From Bispira polyomma (lineage: Eukaryota), in contig OZ287754.1 in NCBI GenBank assembly GCA_965649765.1, forward strand, positions 35,774,001 through 35,838,000: a stretch of 64,000 bases of DNA, in the 5' to 3' direction. Positions 61,201-64,000 of this stretch are shown here, piece by piece. The position numbers were made by a program, and so were the translations under genes. Position 1 is the stretch's first letter. Every line of letters begins with the position of its first letter. The notes below the pieces were generated by a model. That model saw nothing but the letters and a program-made list of their open reading frames with translations. It was not told the DNA's origin and searched no databases.

Positions 61201-63853
61201 CACACCCAAGTGGTGAATCAGTCAATGACTGTACCATAAAAGGCACATAGGATAACACTACATTTGACCTAAAATTACCTACAATTGACCAGATTGTTGA
61301 CCATATTAAACATATTGGCCCCACAGCAAGAATCGCGAAGGTGGACGTAGCCCACACTTTCAGAAATTTAAGGGTGGATCCTTTTGATTGCCTTAAACTC
61401 GGTTACAATTGGAAAAACAAATTCTACATTGATGTAACGCTTGCGTTCGTGTTAACATGCAGCACGGCCTTATTTATGAGAACCTCAGACGTGATAACAT
61501 ATATTATGAAAGCAAACAACTTTAAGGTCTTAAACTACATAGATGATTTTGTCATTGTAGAGTCAAAAGAAAAGGCCATCTTAGCTTTTGAATTTTTGAA
61601 AAAGATACTCGCTGACCTTGGTTTCCCAATAAACAAGAACAAATCTGCACCCAGCACACGCGTAACATGTATTGGCATAACCATCGATGTAGATGAAAAA
61701 ACCCTGAGTATTGATAAAGACAAACTTAACTCAATACACGAAACGTGTGTAGAATTTATTCCTCTCCTTAATATTCGGAAAAACAAATCTCAATCCTTGC
61801 TGGGAAAACCCCTTTATATACACAGGTGCATTACGCCAGCAAGGATCTTCATGAAATGAATGTTAGCAATATTGAGAATCTCAACTAGCCAGGAAACAAT
61901 ACAGTTGACAGAAGACTTTAAGAGGGACTTAAACTGGTTTCTTAATTTTTTATCTGACTACGATGGTACTACAAAATACCAAAGTGATGACATAGGACAG
62001 AATATTTCTATGCAAGTAGACGCGTGTCTAGAAGGCATTTGGGGAGTGTTAGGTAGTGACGTATTTACAGCCATGTTGCCTTTATGTATCAAACAATTAC
62101 TTTCTATAGTCCACTTTGAGATGATAAGCCTCCTGGTAGCTATTCGACTGTGGAGACATAAGTTAAAGGATAAAACAGTATAAATTCAATCAGACAATGC
62201 TGCAGTTGTTTCTGTGGTGCAGTCTTCTAAGACTAGGGACCTATACTTAAGTACATGTTTAAGGAACTTGTGGTTAGTATGTGCTAAACACAACATAACT
62301 TTAACCATAAAACACATAAAAAGAACATAATAGCAGACGTGCTTTCTAGGTGGCATAAATTAGGGTCACATAGCTATGAAATGAAAAGTGAAATTGAGAA
62401 TAACTTTATCATGAATGAGGTGGACGTTTTTAAATGAACAATGAAATCTAATTACAGGTAACTCAACAGCAGTCACAACCCTGATTTCTGAAGCTATGAT
62501 GAAGATTCGTGACAGTCAACAACCAAGGACACGTTGACAATTCGAAAGACAATTCAGACTCTACATGGCCTTCATGGTCTACCATAACTTGGAGGATCAC
62601 TTCTCTTCTACTTTCACTACTTGCTTTCATGAAATACTTGCACCTGGTGAATATTTCCAGTGAAGTGATTAATAATTACATAGCTGCAATCAGACATTCA
62701 TGCAAATTATTACACATACAAAATAATTATTGCAGAATTGGGATGTATCAGAAATCCTTGGCAATTAATTCGAGATTCTCACCTAAACCAAAAGGCAGCT
62801 TAGATATTTACCAATCAGAGCAAGTATCAAAACTATGTGAAACTTTGGCTTTCCCAGAGTCATACAGAACTGAGATATTGTTCGCTTTCTTTGGTTTCTT
62901 AAGAATCTGAAACTTAACGCCTTCAAGCTTAAATACTTTTGACCCTACTAGGCACCTAAATAGGGCTGATGTATTATTTGCCGACCCAGGGATCCACCTA
63001 GTACTTAAGTGGTCGAAGACCAATCAAACCAGAGAGAATGCAAACATAATCCAGCTTCGGTATCTCAAAAACTCTTGGCTCTGCCCAGTGGCATCAGCTT
63101 AAGCTCTTTTTAGAAAGTACCCATTGCCTCCACTGTGCCCTTCACTGGCAAACCCGGGGTACAAGAGTAAATGCAGTTCAGATTCAAAATTAAGAGAGGC
63201 ATTAAGGTCTCTACTAATAAAAGTGGGTATCCCCCTTTAAGGTCACAGCTGGGGGCCGCGGTGGCCTAGTGGTTAGCAAGCATTGCGCTTCACAATCACT
63301 GGTCTCTCACCTTGAGGAGGCGTGAGTTTGACTCCTGTCGATGCCTATGTGGGAAAGGTGGTAGTTCCTCACTGTGGGCCGCTGGTTTCAGTGCATAACC
63401 TTGATCAACTGTATGCAGTGTTTCCTCCAGCGTTTCCAACTGCCCATCCCAATATAACCTAAACAGGTACTAGAGTGGACGTTAAATATGACAATTCAAA
63501 TTCAAGGTCACAATAATCACTGTCTGCGAAGATCAAGGGCTTCATTGGCTTTTAATACAAATGACAAATTACAATATATTGGGTGCTGGAAATCGGACAC
63601 CATATGGAATTACCTCTAATCGACTTCTCGTGCTGCTTCCATAATACCCCAAACATTTGCGGCTATAATCCCTCCTACTTAAATTCTTTTTTGACTTTGG
63701 CATTCATAAAAATTTACTTCATTTTAAATTTGTATGTACAGTTAAAGATTTAAACCATGTAAATAAAATTCTCCAAACATGTTTTAAATCATAGTTATCA
63801 CTGGCGTTGCTTTACACCAGTCCTTGCAACTTTAAAACGTCTGACAGCTACTG
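58275..63853 (+). mobile_element. Y8: degraded YR retrotransposon, Y4 subfamily
   Basis: A-like start AGCATGACAAGTCAGT, gag to 59759, pol 59760-62451, YR 62458-63680, and a B-like tail ending AGCTACTG as in Y4. Confidence 0.9.
63251..63503 (+). mobile_element. tRNA-derived SINE copy 5, in Y8 YR
   Basis: TSD core AAGGTCACA at 63239-63247 and 63504-63512. Confidence 0.9.
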
Positions 63854-64000
63854 GTTAGTTGTATTTGTGGAATTATTAATAGATAAAGTAGCACTGATAT
63901 ACTGCATTGAGTACATCTACCACATTTAGCGGTGGTACGGGATTACTTAGCTGGACCGTTAATGAAGGGTGAAGTAGCCTTAAAGTTGTTAGAAACACTA

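Noticed and set aside
1-64000. CRISPR array, prokaryotic operon, retron or DGR
   Set aside because: No regularly spaced repeats or bacterial gene organisation; every RT falls in a eukaryotic YR or LINE context.

Overview
AT-rich eukaryotic DNA, probably from a marine invertebrate such as a bivalve (inferred from the repeat families). No host gene is recognisable. The window is a nested stack of transposable elements, dominated by at least 8 tyrosine-recombinase (YR) retrotransposons of Ngaro/PAT-type architecture (gag-like, RT-RNase H, YR), labelled Y1-Y8 and present on both strands. Y4 (20530-26973) is nearly intact: it has A1-B1-A2-B2 split direct repeats and is inserted precisely into a Tx1/L1-like LINE. 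Also present are an Academ DNA transposon, Kolobok-like TTAA MITEs, five copies of one tRNA-derived SINE, L2/CR1 LINE pieces, Maverick/Polinton remnants and a Harbinger element. The main discovery comes from comparing the diverged YR copies, which suggests a conserved expression program. First, a phase-1 splice donor inside gag and a phase-1 acceptor just after the RT/RNase H stop would produce a Gag(N)-YR fusion. Second, Gag-Pol appears to be made by UAG-GAC read-through in one subfamily and by a -1 frameshift (A_AAA_AAC plus a GAAA hairpin) in another. Y4 also preserves its circle junction and a 2-bp TG crossover core. All calls are by eye; no searches were run.
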